DNA of 64,000 nucleotides from positions 52,025,037-52,089,036 of the forward strand of contig NC_057719.1 in the NCBI RefSeq assembly GCF_004010195.1, in the 5' to 3' direction. Source of the DNA: Chiloscyllium plagiosum. Lineage: Eukaryota. The notes under the pieces were generated by a model. That model had not been told where the DNA came from. It saw only the letters and a list, made by a program, of their open reading frames with translations, and did no database searches. Both the position numbers and the translations under genes were made by a program. Shown here piece by piece: positions 62,965 to 64,000 of the stretch. Positions within the stretch are counted from its first letter, which is position 1, and the number at the start of each line of letters is the position of its first letter.

Positions 62965-63021
62965 CTTTACATCAAAATATTGCCATTTTTCTGGCATTAG
63001 ATCAAAAATGGGGTTTCCTCT
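62965..63021 (-). CDS. Candidate isolated exon (RGNPIFDLMPEKWQYFDVK), unconfirmed
   Basis: tgcattttatcctttag acceptor, AAG|gtattt donor, 57 nt open in phase 0 only; product not recognised. Confidence 0.25.
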
Positions 63022-64000
63022 CTAAAGGATAAAATGCACAATGAAATTTTCCATACACTGCCTCCTTCTCCTGTTCTTCTTTTACAAATAATTTCAGTCT
63101 CTGACTTTTTTTTAATTGACTTGCAATCAATTTCTTTCACACCAATTCAGGCTCTTTAAAAAAAATGGATTTTCAACAATAGTCAAACTTTTCTACCTTT
63201 TATCAACGTCTTGGCTCATTTCAATGGGAAGATCATGTCCATGAACTCACAATTCTGTCACAGGCAAAAAAGGGATAAGGTGAATGTAAATTGTGGGTAC
63301 CTTTTTCCTCATAAACCTGAGACAGTGAGATATGGTCCATATTTAAAAGAAACAAATATAACCTGAGTATTTGAAAGAGAACAAACTTTCTTTGTAATTT
63401 CTCTTCATGTCCTCTGGCTACAACAACTAATTAGGACTTCTGCCCAGATATAGCTAATTAGATTCTCCACATATTCAATCCATACTTAAATAAGCTCCCA
63501 CCAACATTGGGTAGAATTGAAATTTATTGGCAAATACCCAACCACAAATTAAACGTAATGCAATAGGATGGCAGCATTCAACATTCAGAACCCTGGACCC
63601 CAATGTTAGTGATGATGGAATCCACTGACCTGAAAATGAGCTATCATATCATTTCAAATAACTTGAGAGATAAAAGTGAAAGCAGAAATAATAAAGACAG
63701 CATTTAAGAGTTTAGAGAAAGAATATAGAATTTGATAGTGAAAGGGATATACATGTATTGACCAGGTGTATATCATTTTCCTTTTCTGATTTTGAAAGAG
63801 AGCACATCTTCCTGGTGAGGAAGTAATCTGTGTTCCTGAGCTCTCTCTAACAATCTACAAACAAGATATCTGTAGGTTTAAGACAAGGGTCTTAAGTATA
63901 AGGCATTTCAAATATTACAACTGAGCTGCTTCAAAATACAAAGCTGAAATTTCCATCCCCACCAAAGGATATAATCTTTCATGCCAGCCATAGAAATACT

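Overview
Non-coding, AT-rich, repeat-dense eukaryotic DNA, almost certainly from a cartilaginous fish. HE1-type V-SINEs and their CR1/HER1-type partner LINEs are diagnostic; the (ATCTA)n SINE tails suggest a bamboo/carpet shark, but that is inference. No intact protein-coding gene is recognisable, and nearly all listed ORFs are transposon debris or chance. Much of the window is nested mobile-element remnants: CR1, a second CR1/L2-clade family, L2, RTE, Rex1, Tx1/L1 and Penelope-like retroelements, three SINE families, Tigger-like MITEs, PIF/Harbinger remnants and LTR-like pieces. There is one 264-N assembly gap. Most notable: (1) nine Penelope-derived short or fold-back elements, most with 12-16 bp TSDs, that carry a minimal hammerhead-ribozyme core whose stem II shows compensatory base changes between copies; (2) a LINE derivative whose endonuclease/RT sequence sits behind a tRNA-like pol III head; (3) a non-tRNA, Rex1-tailed non-autonomous retroposon in two copies; (4) several motif-dense unique segments that look like conserved non-coding enhancers, and a few isolated candidate exons. 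Family names come from recalled motifs, not database searches, and boundaries of old elements are approximate.
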